Source: Chitinophaga pinensis (lineage in GTDB: Bacteria > Bacteroidota > Bacteroidia > UKL13-3). Taken from it: a stretch of 64,000 nucleotides of DNA. The stretch is taken from NCBI GenBank assembly GCA_945898275.1, contig CAMDHZ010000008.1:67542-131541 (forward strand), written 5' to 3'. A model generated the notes under the pieces. The model did no database searches. It worked only from the letters and a program-made list of their open reading frames with translations, and was not told the origin of the DNA. Positions 19,521-29,540 of the stretch are shown in pieces; position 1 is the first letter of the stretch; every line of letters starts with the position of its first letter. The position numbers and the translations under genes were made by a program.

Positions 19521-21979
19521 CCTGGGTCAACGTCTGCAAAGGCAATTAGTCCACGCAGCGATTTGTCTTCATAAAGTTGTTTCAATGCGCTTTTTATCAA
19601 GGTTTTACTTTGCAACAAACTGTTGGATTGCCGATTAATTTTAATGAGAATTTCTTTGATATAATAGTTTCTAATTTTGCTCACATATGGGCTGGCTGGG
19701 CCCATCATTATTGCTTGTAAATTGGGTTCAAGCAAGTTTCTTAGTTTAGTTCCCGCATATTCAGCCATATTATAATCTCGGTGCTTTACCACAAGTTTTA
19801 TCAGTCTAAAAAATGGGGGGTAAGCAAACTTTTCTCTGTCTTCCAATTCTTTTTCTAACAATGGCAAATATTGATGTTGCTTCAACAGTTGCAAAACATA
19901 ATGGTTAGGCAAGGTGGTTTGAACAATTACTTTCCCTTGTTTATGCTTTCTTCCGGCTCTTCCACTTACCTGCATGAGCAATTGCATGGCACGTTCATGC
20001 GCTCTAAAATCTGGAAATTGCAGCAAAGCATCCGCATTGATAATTCCTACTAAATTTACATGCTCAAAATCAAGCCCCTTGCTCAACATTTGAGTGCCAA
20101 CAAGAATGTCAAATTGCCTGTTTTCAAAACTTTTGATAATTTCTTCATGCCCATGTTTGGTTTTGGCCGCATCTAAATCTAACCGCGCCACACGTGTTTT
20201 GGGATAAAGTTCTCCTAATTCATCTTCCACTTTTTCGGTGCCAGTTCCTTTTAAACTCATGTGGGGAGAGCCACAGGTATGGCAGCTTTTCGGAATAGCA
20301 GCTGTATATCCGCAGTAGTGGCACTTTAGAGAGTCAATGTATTTATGGTAGGTTAAGCTGATATCACAGTTTTTACATTTGGGCACCCATTCACATTTAT
20401 TACAGCTTAGGAAGGGGGCATAGCCGCGTCTGTTTTGGAAAAGAATGATTTGCTCATTGTTTTGCAAAGTTTCTTCAATGGCTTGGTGTAAAGCAAAACC
20501 AATGTCCTCCTTCATCATTTTCTTGGTTCTTCTTTCTTCGCCAAGGTCGGAAGTTTCAATTTTTGGAAGTGCTACATCATGGTAACGTTTATCCATTATT
20601 ACCCAGCCATATTTGCCTGTTTTGGCCATGAAATAGACTTCCATTGAAGGGGTGGCTGAACCTAATAGTGTTTTGCAAGCATGTATTTTTGCCAACATCA
20701 TAGCTGCATCGCGCGCATGGTAGCGGGGTGCAGGCTCTTGTTGTTTGTAGGAGCTCTCATGTTCTTCGTCTACAATTACCAAACCTAACTCCTGAAACGG
20801 CAAGAAAATAGAACTGCGAGCACCAATAACAACGCGGTATTGACCGTCATTTACCTTATTCCAAATTTCTACCCGCTCTTGGTCGTTAAACTTACTGTGA
20901 TAAGCTATACAATGTTCACCGAAATACTTATTGATGCGTTTGATGATTTGAGAGGTAAGGGCAATTTCTGGCAAGAGGTATAAAACTTGTTTGCCATTGG
21001 CAAGTGCTTCTTCAATGAGTTTAACATACACGTGTGTTTTGCCGCTTCCCGTAACACCTTGCAACAAGGCCACTTCTTTTTCTTCAAATGATTGCTTTAA
21101 GGCCAAGTATGCTTCTTCTTGGTTTGGGTTCAAACTAAAACTTTCTTTTGCCAAAAGTTCCATTTGCAAGCGGTCTATGTTTACTTCGTATGGTGTAAGA
21201 ACTTCGTTTTTAATTAAAGTTTGTAAGGAAGAAGCTGCATTTCCTCCAAATTTTAAAATACTACTTCTGTCTGTTACTTCATTCTGTTGCTTTAAGTGCA
21301 AAAACGACATCAATATTTGCAGTTGTTTTGGCTTTTTTTCAAGCGAATCAAAAAGTGCTGCAAGGGCCTTTTCTCCTTCATAAATTGGGTTCAAAGCAAA
21401 ACAAGTAAGGGTTTTAGGTTTGTATTTGCCTTGTAATTCTTCCCTTATTCTAATCATGCCTTTGCTCACCATACTTTTGATGAGCGGAAATACATTTTTG
21501 AGACGCACAATTTCAGAAACATCTGCCAAGGTTAACTCTGCTTGCACTTCCAAGGCTTCCCAAATTAGAAATTCTTTTTGATCGAGTTCAACGGCATTCG
21601 GGTTAAATTCTTCATTGGCCTCAATGCGGGTAGCCGATTCTAGTTTTAGTCCAGCTGGCAAAGCCGCTTGCATAACATCCCCAAGGCTGCATAAATAATA
21701 TTGGCTCATCCATTCCCAAAACTGAAAATGAATGGGATGCAATAAGGGTTTATCATCTAAAACACTATAGATATATTTTGCTTCATAGCCTTTGGGAGGT
21801 GAGTGGTGTATTTTGGCAATTAAGGCAGAATATATTTTGCGTGCACCAAATTGAATTGCCACTCTTTTGCCAATGGCAATTTCAGATTCCCACTCTCGAG
21901 GCACTCTATAAGTAAAGAGTGCATCGAGGTGCAAAGGAAGCATTACATCAATAAAAACAGCAAAATTTTCTTCCGACAC
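19517..21979 (-). CDS. priA: Primosomal protein N' (replication restart helicase)
   Basis: GVTGSGKT, PEIALT, DEEHESSYKQ, GSATPS, Cys-rich zinc motifs, KGLDF, QVSGRAGR, DVDP. Confidence 0.97.
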   Translation of the reverse strand: MSEENFAVFIDVMLPLHLDALFTYRVPREWESEIAIGKRVAIQFGARKIYSALIAKIHHSPPKGYEAKYIYSVLDDKPLLHPIHFQFWEWMSQYYLCSLGDVMQAALPAGLKLESATRIEANEEFNPNAVELDQKEFLIWEALEVQAELTLADVSEIVRLKNVFPLIKSMVSKGMIRIREELQGKYKPKTLTCFALNPIYEGEKALAALFDSLEKKPKQLQILMSFLHLKQQNEVTDRSSILKFGGNAASSLQTLIKNEVLTPYEVNIDRLQMELLAKESFSLNPNQEEAYLALKQSFEEKEVALLQGVTGSGKTHVYVKLIEEALANGKQVLYLLPEIALTSQIIKRINKYFGEHCIAYHSKFNDQERVEIWNKVNDGQYRVVIGARSSIFLPFQELGLVIVDEEHESSYKQQEPAPRYHARDAAMMLAKIHACKTLLGSATPSMEVYFMAKTGKYGWVIMDKRYHDVALPKIETSDLGEERRTKKMMKEDIGFALHQAIEETLQNNEQIILFQNRRGYAPFLSCNKCEWVPKCKNCDISLTYHKYIDSLKCHYCGYTAAIPKSCHTCGSPHMSLKGTGTEKVEDELGELYPKTRVARLDLDAAKTKHGHEEIIKSFENRQFDILVGTQMLSKGLDFEHVNLVGIINADALLQFPDFRAHERAMQLLMQVSGRAGRKHKQGKVIVQTTLPNHYVLQLLKQHQYLPLLEKELEDREKFAYPPFFRLIKLVVKHRDYNMAEYAGTKLRNLLEPNLQAIMMGPASPYVSKIRNYYIKEILIKINRQSNSLLQSKTLIKSALKQLYEDKSLRGLIAFADVDPG

Positions 21980-21984
21980 TTAGG

Positions 21985-23436
21985 TTAAGCCTCTTTAATA
22001 TTTGCAATTACTTCAAGGAAGTACTTCCAGAATTTTTGAACCGAGCTAATCTGCACACATTCGTCTGGAGAGTGCGCACCTCTAATGTTTGGTCCAAATG
22101 ATATCATTTGCATTTGAGGATAGTTAATGCCTAAAATGCCACATTCTAAACCTGCATGTACGGCATTTACATGGGGTTTTTCGTTGAACATTTCTTCATA
22201 TTGATGTTGCATCATTTTCACAATAGCCGAATTGGGTAGGGGAGCCCAACCTGGATATTCCCCTTTGGTTTGGGTTTCGCCATTTAAAAATTCTAATGCA
22301 CTTACAATCATTTCGGCCAAGTCAAGTTTTTCAGAATCTACAGAGCTTCTGCAAAGGCAGTGTATTTCGTAGGTTTCGTTTTGAACCAACACCCTAGCTA
22401 AGTTATTTGAGGATTGAACCAATCCATCTATACCAGGTGTCATGCGGTATATGCCGTTTGGTATAGTATATAAAGCCCCAATGAGATTTTTAGTAAAAGC
22501 AGCTGGCAAACAATGGCTGGTTTCTTCAGCTTCTTTCAGGCTAAGTAACAGTTGTGGGTCGGTTAAAAGATTTTCAATTTTAAAAATACCCGCCAAACGA
22601 TTTATGATATTTGCTAAAATATTAGACTCACTAGCAGGAATGGCAATCACAGCAACTGCCTCTCTTGGAATGGCATTGCGCAAACTACCTCCATCAAATT
22701 TAACCAATCTAAAGGCAATGGTTTTCTGAATTTCTTTTAAGGTGCGTGTCATTAATTTATTGGCATTGGCTCTACCCAAATGAATGTCCATACCAGAATG
22801 TCCGCCAGTTAATCCATTTACTGTTAAAGTATAGGTTTTCCAGTTGCCTGGAACAGCTTCTGCAGTATATTTTCCAACGCCAGAAACGTCTATGCCACCT
22901 GCACATCCAATGCAAAGCTCTCGATCGTCTTCTGTGTCTAGGTTTAGTAAAATATTTCCATTTAAAACACCCGCTTCAAGTCCCATAGCACCTGTCATGC
23001 CCGTTTCTTCATCTATTGTAAAGAGGGCTTCTATGGCAGGATGTTGAATCTCAGTTGAACTTAACAGCGCCATGATGGTTGCCACCCCAATTCCATTATC
23101 GGCTCCTAAAGTGGTGCCACGCGCACGCACCCAATCTCCATCTATAAACATGTCTATGCCTTGAGTTGCAAAATCAAATTGGGTATCTGCATTTTTTTGG
23201 TGCACCATGTCTAAGTGGCTTTGCAAAACAAGGGTTGGTCTAGCCTCCATACCAATTGTTGCAGGCTTTTTAATGATAACATTTCCTACGGCATCCTTGG
23301 TAGTTTGAAGTTGCAATGAAGCACCAAAATCCAACATAAACTGAATGATTTGCGCTTCTTTTTTAGAAGCTCTTGGTATGGCATTCAGGGCCGAGAAATG
23401 GTCCCATAAAGCTTTTGGTTCAATATTGTTTAACAT
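21985..23436 (-). CDS. pepD: Aminoacyl-histidine dipeptidase (M20C)
   Basis: QSHLDMV, TTLGADNGIG, DEETGM, NLDTED, GGHSG, HAGLECG, GAHSPDE. Confidence 0.95.
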   Translation of the reverse strand: MLNNIEPKALWDHFSALNAIPRASKKEAQIIQFMLDFGASLQLQTTKDAVGNVIIKKPATIGMEARPTLVLQSHLDMVHQKNADTQFDFATQGIDMFIDGDWVRARGTTLGADNGIGVATIMALLSSTEIQHPAIEALFTIDEETGMTGAMGLEAGVLNGNILLNLDTEDDRELCIGCAGGIDVSGVGKYTAEAVPGNWKTYTLTVNGLTGGHSGMDIHLGRANANKLMTRTLKEIQKTIAFRLVKFDGGSLRNAIPREAVAVIAIPASESNILANIINRLAGIFKIENLLTDPQLLLSLKEAEETSHCLPAAFTKNLIGALYTIPNGIYRMTPGIDGLVQSSNNLARVLVQNETYEIHCLCRSSVDSEKLDLAEMIVSALEFLNGETQTKGEYPGWAPLPNSAIVKMMQHQYEEMFNEKPHVNAVHAGLECGILGINYPQMQMISFGPNIRGAHSPDECVQISSVQKFWKYFLEVIANIKEA

Positions 23437-23581
23437 GATGTTTGAATATAGTGCACTAAAATAGGGTAAAACTTGGAATTGGCCATCTGCTTTTAAAAAA
23501 CTCCTCCTAATCCCAATTGTCTATTTTAAGAAGATGTTTTGGTTTCGTCTTGGCATTAGTTTTTTAACATAAAATTAGGAC

Positions 23582-23701
23582 GTTTACTAATTTTAGTACA
23601 TTAATGTTTACTAATTTTAGTACATTTGTGTTTGCTAAGATTAATACATGTATGTTTGCTAAGATTTGTGCATGTATGTTTACTAAAATTAGTACATAAA
23701 A
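23582..23701. repeat. Five tandem 24-bp repeats with TACTAA-NN-TTAGTA palindromic core, directly upstream of the Fic gene
   Basis: Units: GTTTACTAATTTTAGTACATTAAT (23582), GTTTACTAATTTTAGTACATTTGT (23606), GTTTGCTAAGATTAATACATGTAT (23630), GTTTGCTAAGATTTGTGCATGTAT (23654), GTTTACTAAAATTAGTACATAAAA (23678). Confidence 0.9.
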
Positions 23702-23710
23702 ACTAAGATA

Positions 23711-25270
23711 ATGGCAACTCCGCAGGAGAAATTTGTTGAGGCGCTACGCCTTTTAAAAGAACTACAAGACAGGGGAGTAGTGGGCATACATATTTCTAGC
23801 CTTCCCAACATAAAGCACAGGCAATTGCTTATCAAGCATGGCTTTATTCGAGAGGTAAGCAAAGGGTGGTACATTGCTACTGATCCTGCTGAAATAAATG
23901 GAGAAACAACCGCATGGTTTAGTTCCTATTGGGAGTTTATTGCACAATATCTCGAGCATAAATACAATGAAAATTGGTGTTTGTCTGCCGATCAATCTTT
24001 GGCCATACATGCAGGTAATTGGACAATTCCAGAACAATTGATAGTAAGGTCATCGAAAGGAAATAACAAGCCGACACCTCTACCATATTCAACCTCTTTT
24101 TTTAATTTAAAAACTGATATACCCGCAAAGGGGCATTTAGTTGTTTACAAAGGCATTAGATTATACAGTTTACAAGCGGCCCTTGTTTATTGCACGGCAG
24201 CGTCATTTTCTTATCGCCCCATTGATGCCCGCACCGCGCTTTCTCTCATCAGAGATGCTTCAGAGGTATTACCAATTCTTTTAGAAAACGGACATACAAA
24301 ATATGCGGGTCGCTTGGCAGGTGCTTTTCGAAATAATACCCAAGAAAAAATTGCAGTTCAAATCATCGAGACCTTTAAGCAAGCGGATTATGAAATTAGG
24401 GTAGAAGATCCCTTCAACCAGAAACTTACCATACAGCTTTCAAATCGCACAAGTTCTCCTTATGTAAACCGTATTCGCCTCATGTGGCAGCAAATGAGAG
24501 AAGTTGTTTTAGCACATTTGCCGCCTTCAGTGATATTACCTAATGAGCAACAAAAATTGTTTAAAGTTATTGATGATATTTATCTTACAGATGCTTACCA
24601 TTCATTATCTATAGAGCGATATAAAGTAACACCAGCTTTGATAGAGAAAGTTAGTTCTGGCAAATGGAATTTAAAGGATAATATGGAGGATAGGAAACAA
24701 AGAGATGCCATGGCAGCTAGAGGTTATTATCAATCATTCTTAGCAGTTAAAGAATCCATTAAATCAATACTTGATGGCGGCAATCCAGGTGTTGTTGCAA
24801 ACAACCAACATTCAAAGTGGTATCGAGAATTGTTTGATCCAAGTGTAGCAGCAGGAATTTTGCGCCCATCCGATTTGGCCGGATACCGCAGTCATCAAGT
24901 GTATATTGGCAATTCTAAACATGTGCCTTTAAGTGTTGACGCTATGCGCGATGCCATGCCCGTTTTGTTTGAATTGTTGGAAGAAGAAAAAGAAGCTGCA
25001 GTAAGGGCAGTTTTAGGTCATTTTATATTTGTTTTTATTCATCCGTATATGGATGGAAATGGAAGAATTGGTCGCTTTTTAATGAATGTTATGCTAGTCA
25101 CCGGTGGCTATCCATGGATTGTGATTCCCTTTGAAAATAGAGATGAATACATGAAGGCGCTAGAAAGTGCCAGTGTTGCCATGGATATTGAACCTTTTGC
25201 TAAATTTATCAGCCTTTTGCTCAAAGAAAGCCTTTCTGGAAAAAGTCGTGCGGTTTTACCCAAGCAATAA
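23711..25270 (+). CDS. Fic-domain protein with long N-terminal region (possible winged-helix/AbiEi-like)
   Basis: HPYMDGNGRIGR matches the Fic motif HPFxDGNGRxxR; YHSLSIE. The N-terminal DNA-binding assignment is inferred from L.KHGFIREVSKGWY. Confidence 0.88.
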   Translation: MATPQEKFVEALRLLKELQDRGVVGIHISSLPNIKHRQLLIKHGFIREVSKGWYIATDPAEINGETTAWFSSYWEFIAQYLEHKYNENWCLSADQSLAIHAGNWTIPEQLIVRSSKGNNKPTPLPYSTSFFNLKTDIPAKGHLVVYKGIRLYSLQAALVYCTAASFSYRPIDARTALSLIRDASEVLPILLENGHTKYAGRLAGAFRNNTQEKIAVQIIETFKQADYEIRVEDPFNQKLTIQLSNRTSSPYVNRIRLMWQQMREVVLAHLPPSVILPNEQQKLFKVIDDIYLTDAYHSLSIERYKVTPALIEKVSSGKWNLKDNMEDRKQRDAMAARGYYQSFLAVKESIKSILDGGNPGVVANNQHSKWYRELFDPSVAAGILRPSDLAGYRSHQVYIGNSKHVPLSVDAMRDAMPVLFELLEEEKEAAVRAVLGHFIFVFIHPYMDGNGRIGRFLMNVMLVTGGYPWIVIPFENRDEYMKALESASVAMDIEPFAKFISLLLKESLSGKSRAVLPKQ

Positions 25271-25296
25271 TCTTCCAAACCGCCATTTATCTCCCT

Positions 25297-28200
25297 CTAA
25301 AAACTCCTCCCCATCCCAACTACCCATCTAAAGGCAGTGTTTTGGGTTTCGCCTGATAAAGGTTGGCTGAGATAAAAAGGCATATCAAAGCGAAGGGTCA
25401 AAGGTTTTGGATCATCCAAGATTCCCCATTTTTTGATGGTTAATGCAATTCCAGCACCTGCATCAGCTAAAACACTTGTTTCGAGTTTTAGGTTGCCAAA
25501 TTGTTTACCTAAAAATCCTACATCTGCAAACAAGTAACTATCAAAGTGTACATATTTATTTAGTCCCTTAGGATTGATAAAGGATAGATAATTGTCAAAA
25601 TCAACTTCTACATTTATAGAGCTGCCATATTTGCCACTAATTGCTTCGAACTTTGTATTGTCAAAGGTGATAAAATTAACATACCCTGCATAACCTCTTA
25701 GGTTCAAACCTCCCCCTACCTGAAAATGATTCCCTTCAGTTGTATAATTCATCCATTGCTCAGGCACAATGCCTGAAGCACGGGTAAATTTATTTTCTAA
25801 CATTTCCTCAGTATTTGCGCCAGCAAGGTTTATTAAAAATTCTCCAGGCACGCTGCTGCCATCAATATACGCGGCATACAACCTGCTGCGTAATTCAAAC
25901 TTATGCAATTTGTTGGTTTGAACCAATTGCCCATCTATTCCTGCAAAATTGTAATTTGAAAATGGCGCCATTCCTTTCACGTTTAGGGTAATCTTTCCCA
26001 GACCATTAAGCAGTTGGTAGTTTCTTTCATAGGTAAGGTTAAGGGAGTTTACCCAGTTATTAAAACTTGAAACATTGGGCATACCTGGGAACAAAATTTC
26101 AGGAGCAGAATTAACTGGATTAAATGTATAAGATTGGCTATGCCCCAAGTAATAAATTTGGTGGCGTTTCATGGCTTTAATTGAAGCACTAAATTTATTT
26201 TTGCCTATTGTATTTTCCCAGCCAGCTTTGTAAAGGGTTAAACCATCCAAAAATCTGCTTTGAACAAATACTTCTTGAAACTTTTTAAGACGATGACTAT
26301 AGCTGAATTGGTAATGGAATAAATTAATTTCTGGACCTCTTCTGTATTGTTCTGCTAAACGATTGGTGGCTATGCCTGAATTATGCCAAATGCTTAAACT
26401 AAATTTGTGTTTTAGATTAAGATAATTACCATTTAAATGCAGGCCCACTTTAACGCCATCATAATTGTTGTACCAAACATCTGGTCGCCATTTTAGCGAA
26501 TAATTATGCCTATTTGGAGGCGACGAGATTTGATGATCAAAACTAAATAGCACAGGTAACTTTTTGGAGTTATCTAGCAGGTTAACATCTGCCAATCGCT
26601 TACTTGGGTCAATTATTACATCCTTTACTTTTCCAGTAACAGGCACCAAAACTGTGTGGGTAGGATTTAACAATCCCCAACCAGTCCATTTAGGTAAAAC
26701 GGAAGCAGCAGTTTGTTTGTTGAACCAAGTATTTGGGATATAGAAATTTTGTGAAGTATTGTTTTTATATAGAATGCTAAAATCAAGGGGCATTTGCATT
26801 TCGCCCTTTCTTTTAAAGGTAATGGCTACTGTATCTTTATTTATTTGCTTCACGCGAGGTACACCGTAGTCAATGGTTTTGGTGGTTTCCATCCACTGGT
26901 CAAAAAACCAATTTAAATCTACATGGGTGTATTGAATAATGCTATTTCTAAAATCTTCAAAATAGGGATGAGCCATTTTCCATTGGTTAAAATAATGTTG
27001 CATGGCTGCTAAGAAAAGCGAATCGCCCAACACATATTGCAAGTTATACAACATGGTAGCTGTTTTGTAATATACATTGCTGTAACCCCCACCGTGGTGC
27101 AGTGCGCCGTTAAAGTCATCGCTGTGGGTATTAAGTGGCATGTCTAAGTTTAAGATAGCATCTCTAAGGTAACCATACATTACGGTTTGATCCAAACTAG
27201 ACATGGGGATATAGTTTTTTCCTATATATGAATTCCTGTTTACTTTGGTTTCGCCGCGCAAACGACTCATGCTCCAATGGGTTAAAAATTGTGTGAAGCC
27301 TTCATCCAAGCTTGCTCTATAGGTTTCGTTATTGCCCACCATGCCAAAGAACCAGTTGTGGCCAATTTCGTGGGCAAATAAACCGTAATAGCCGGGCGAG
27401 CGACCATTATCAAGCGTTAGCATTGGGTATTCCATACCGTCACGCGCATCGGCCACAATCATTTTTGGGTAGGCATAGGTTCCAAAATCTTTGCTATAAG
27501 TTTGAATGATGAGGGCGTTAAACTTTGCGGCATCTTGCCAACCAGCAGCATGTGGTTCTTGTACTAGCGAGATACAACGAACTTTTCCGCGAGGATTGCC
27601 AAGCATTGGCAATACGTATTCCCCAAGGCGGTAAGTTGGATCGGCAGTCCACGCAAAGTCGTGCGTGTTTACTGCTTTAAATCGCCAAGTTTTTGTTTTG
27701 CCATCTATTGGAATAATCACAGAGGCTGCTTCGCCATAAGGTTTATCTTTAAAATTGCTAATTTCTAACTTGGCTCGAAGTTCCTCGGGGAGTACTTCTG
27801 ATTCATTTTGCAACTCACCTGTGGCATCTAAAATATAATGAGAAGGAAGGGTGAGGTTAATGTCGAATTGGCCGAAATCTCCATAAAATTCTTTGCCAAG
27901 GTGTTGAGCTGTTTCCCAACCAAATTTTCTGTCATATACGCATATACGCGGATACCAATGCACACCATCGTATTGTTTGTTGCCTTGAGGGTCTTTAAAT
28001 GTTTTCATACGTCGACGTTGGTTGCCGCCATCGTCAAAATAAGTTTCGAAATTAATTTGAAAAGTGGCCTTTGCATTAGGCAAAATCGGATTTTTGAGTT
28101 TGATTTTCATGATAGAAAAATCAATGATGGGAGTAGCTAATTCGCCATTAACAAGCACCCTTTGTATAGTTGTGCCTTTGCCATCCAATTCATATTTTCC

Positions 28201-28527
28201 AAATTTCTGTTTGAACCCATTGGCCAAGTTTAATTGCTCGAGGTAGCCTCCTTTTAAAAAGGCATTTTGGTATAAATGGAAATACACTTCATATAAAGTA
28301 TCGGGGGAATTATTGGTATAAATAAGTAGTTCTTCCGCACTTATTACATCAGTTTGGTCGTTTACCTCAGCATTAATTTTATAATGTACATCTTGCTGCC
28401 AGTAAGCATTGTGGGGTTTTCTATTTTTCCAATAATAGGGATTTTCTGCAGAAGCAAAATCAAAATCTTGGGCAAAACCTGAGGTAATAAGAAGTCCAAA
28501 AAATATAGAAAATACGGTTTTCTTCAT
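25297..28527 (-). CDS. M1 family zinc metallopeptidase with long C-terminal beta-rich (barrel-like) region
   Basis: Signal peptide, YWQQ, GMEYP, HEIGH..(18)..E (LDEGF), YYKTA. C-terminus FRWVVGMGRSF. Confidence 0.88.
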   Translation of the reverse strand: MKKTVFSIFFGLLITSGFAQDFDFASAENPYYWKNRKPHNAYWQQDVHYKINAEVNDQTDVISAEELLIYTNNSPDTLYEVYFHLYQNAFLKGGYLEQLNLANGFKQKFGKYELDGKGTTIQRVLVNGELATPIIDFSIMKIKLKNPILPNAKATFQINFETYFDDGGNQRRRMKTFKDPQGNKQYDGVHWYPRICVYDRKFGWETAQHLGKEFYGDFGQFDINLTLPSHYILDATGELQNESEVLPEELRAKLEISNFKDKPYGEAASVIIPIDGKTKTWRFKAVNTHDFAWTADPTYRLGEYVLPMLGNPRGKVRCISLVQEPHAAGWQDAAKFNALIIQTYSKDFGTYAYPKMIVADARDGMEYPMLTLDNGRSPGYYGLFAHEIGHNWFFGMVGNNETYRASLDEGFTQFLTHWSMSRLRGETKVNRNSYIGKNYIPMSSLDQTVMYGYLRDAILNLDMPLNTHSDDFNGALHHGGGYSNVYYKTATMLYNLQYVLGDSLFLAAMQHYFNQWKMAHPYFEDFRNSIIQYTHVDLNWFFDQWMETTKTIDYGVPRVKQINKDTVAITFKRKGEMQMPLDFSILYKNNTSQNFYIPNTWFNKQTAASVLPKWTGWGLLNPTHTVLVPVTGKVKDVIIDPSKRLADVNLLDNSKKLPVLFSFDHQISSPPNRHNYSLKWRPDVWYNNYDGVKVGLHLNGNYLNLKHKFSLSIWHNSGIATNRLAEQYRRGPEINLFHYQFSYSHRLKKFQEVFVQSRFLDGLTLYKAGWENTIGKNKFSASIKAMKRHQIYYLGHSQSYTFNPVNSAPEILFPGMPNVSSFNNWVNSLNLTYERNYQLLNGLGKITLNVKGMAPFSNYNFAGIDGQLVQTNKLHKFELRSRLYAAYIDGSSVPGEFLINLAGANTEEMLENKFTRASGIVPEQWMNYTTEGNHFQVGGGLNLRGYAGYVNFITFDNTKFEAISGKYGSSINVEVDFDNYLSFINPKGLNKYVHFDSYLFADVGFLGKQFGNLKLETSVLADAGAGIALTIKKWGILDDPKPLTLRFDMPFYLSQPLSGETQNTAFRWVVGMGRSF

Positions 28528-28586
28528 AGGTGCAAAATAATATTTTTACAACAAACCATCGCTGCATTCATTAGCTTTGCCTTAAT

Positions 28587-29540
28587 ATGAATCAATTAAA
28601 ATTAGGTGACAAAGTTCGTTTTGTAAATGAGTCGATGGAAGGAATTGTTACTTCATTGAAAGATAAAAACTTAGTTGGTGTTACAGTAGAAGACGACTTT
28701 GAAATTCCTGTAATGGCGAGTGAGTTAGTAAAAATTAAATTTGAAGAAAAGGCAGGTAATAATCAACCAGAGCTACCAGCAGCAAAGGCTTTCAAAGGAA
28801 ATTCAATTCATCCTTTAGGAGTTTTCTTTGCCTTTGATAGGGTTGGAGAAGACGGTATTGAATTATTTGTTCACAATAATTTAGCCGAGTGGGTTATCCT
28901 AAATGTGTTTCAAAAAGAAGATGGTGTTTACCATTTGTGGCAACAATTGAAATTAGAAAGAGAAGAAACTTTACTGTTAGGGAAATATAAATTTTCTGCC
29001 ATACAAGATTGGAAAACCTTATTGGTTCAAATGCTGCCTGTTGAGTCGCATACCTTGAAACCAGGGAGTTTGGTTCAAACCGAATTAAACTTTGGCGTTA
29101 AAAAATTCCATCAATGGTTAAAACATTGTTTCTTTTTGAACCGACAAGCTTATATGCTAAGGTTAGATGAAGTTTTAGAACCCTTGAATTTAAAGGCATT
29201 AACACAAAGAGATTTTGCTGAGGCACCTGTTTCAAATATTAAAAATTTAAAGGATAAACCTTCAAGCATCATCGACTTACACTATGAGGCTTTGCAACGC
29301 AATGGATACGGAAGTGCAACAGATATTACAGCTTTTCAAATGGATGTCTTTACGCAAACTTTGGAGGCGGCCTTTGTACATCAAATGAAAGAAATAGTCT
29401 ATATCCACGGAGTTGGCAACGCCTATTTGAAAAATAAAATTCGTACTTGGTTAAGTAAGCATCCCGAAATGGTAAGCGAGTTTGAAGAAGCCGATTTATT
29501 ACAATTTGGCAATGGCGCCACCTTGGTTAAATTAAAATAA
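28587..29540 (+). CDS. Smr/MutS2-domain protein (DUF2027-type)
   Basis: N-terminal KLGDKVRF KOW-like segment; C-terminal IDLH, IHGVGN.YLK, GNGATLV. Confidence 0.85.
   Translation: MNQLKLGDKVRFVNESMEGIVTSLKDKNLVGVTVEDDFEIPVMASELVKIKFEEKAGNNQPELPAAKAFKGNSIHPLGVFFAFDRVGEDGIELFVHNNLAEWVILNVFQKEDGVYHLWQQLKLEREETLLLGKYKFSAIQDWKTLLVQMLPVESHTLKPGSLVQTELNFGVKKFHQWLKHCFFLNRQAYMLRLDEVLEPLNLKALTQRDFAEAPVSNIKNLKDKPSSIIDLHYEALQRNGYGSATDITAFQMDVFTQTLEAAFVHQMKEIVYIHGVGNAYLKNKIRTWLSKHPEMVSEFEEADLLQFGNGATLVKLK

Noticed and set aside
23582..23701. 24-bp repeats as a CRISPR array
   Set aside because: The units are contiguous with no unique spacers, and there are no cas genes in the window.
16858..25270. Absence of the exact motif from the RelE/AAA and Fic genes as proof of recent acquisition
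   Set aside because: At about one copy per 2 kb, gaps this size are expected. Core genes such as obgE, korA, priA and pepD also lack exact copies.
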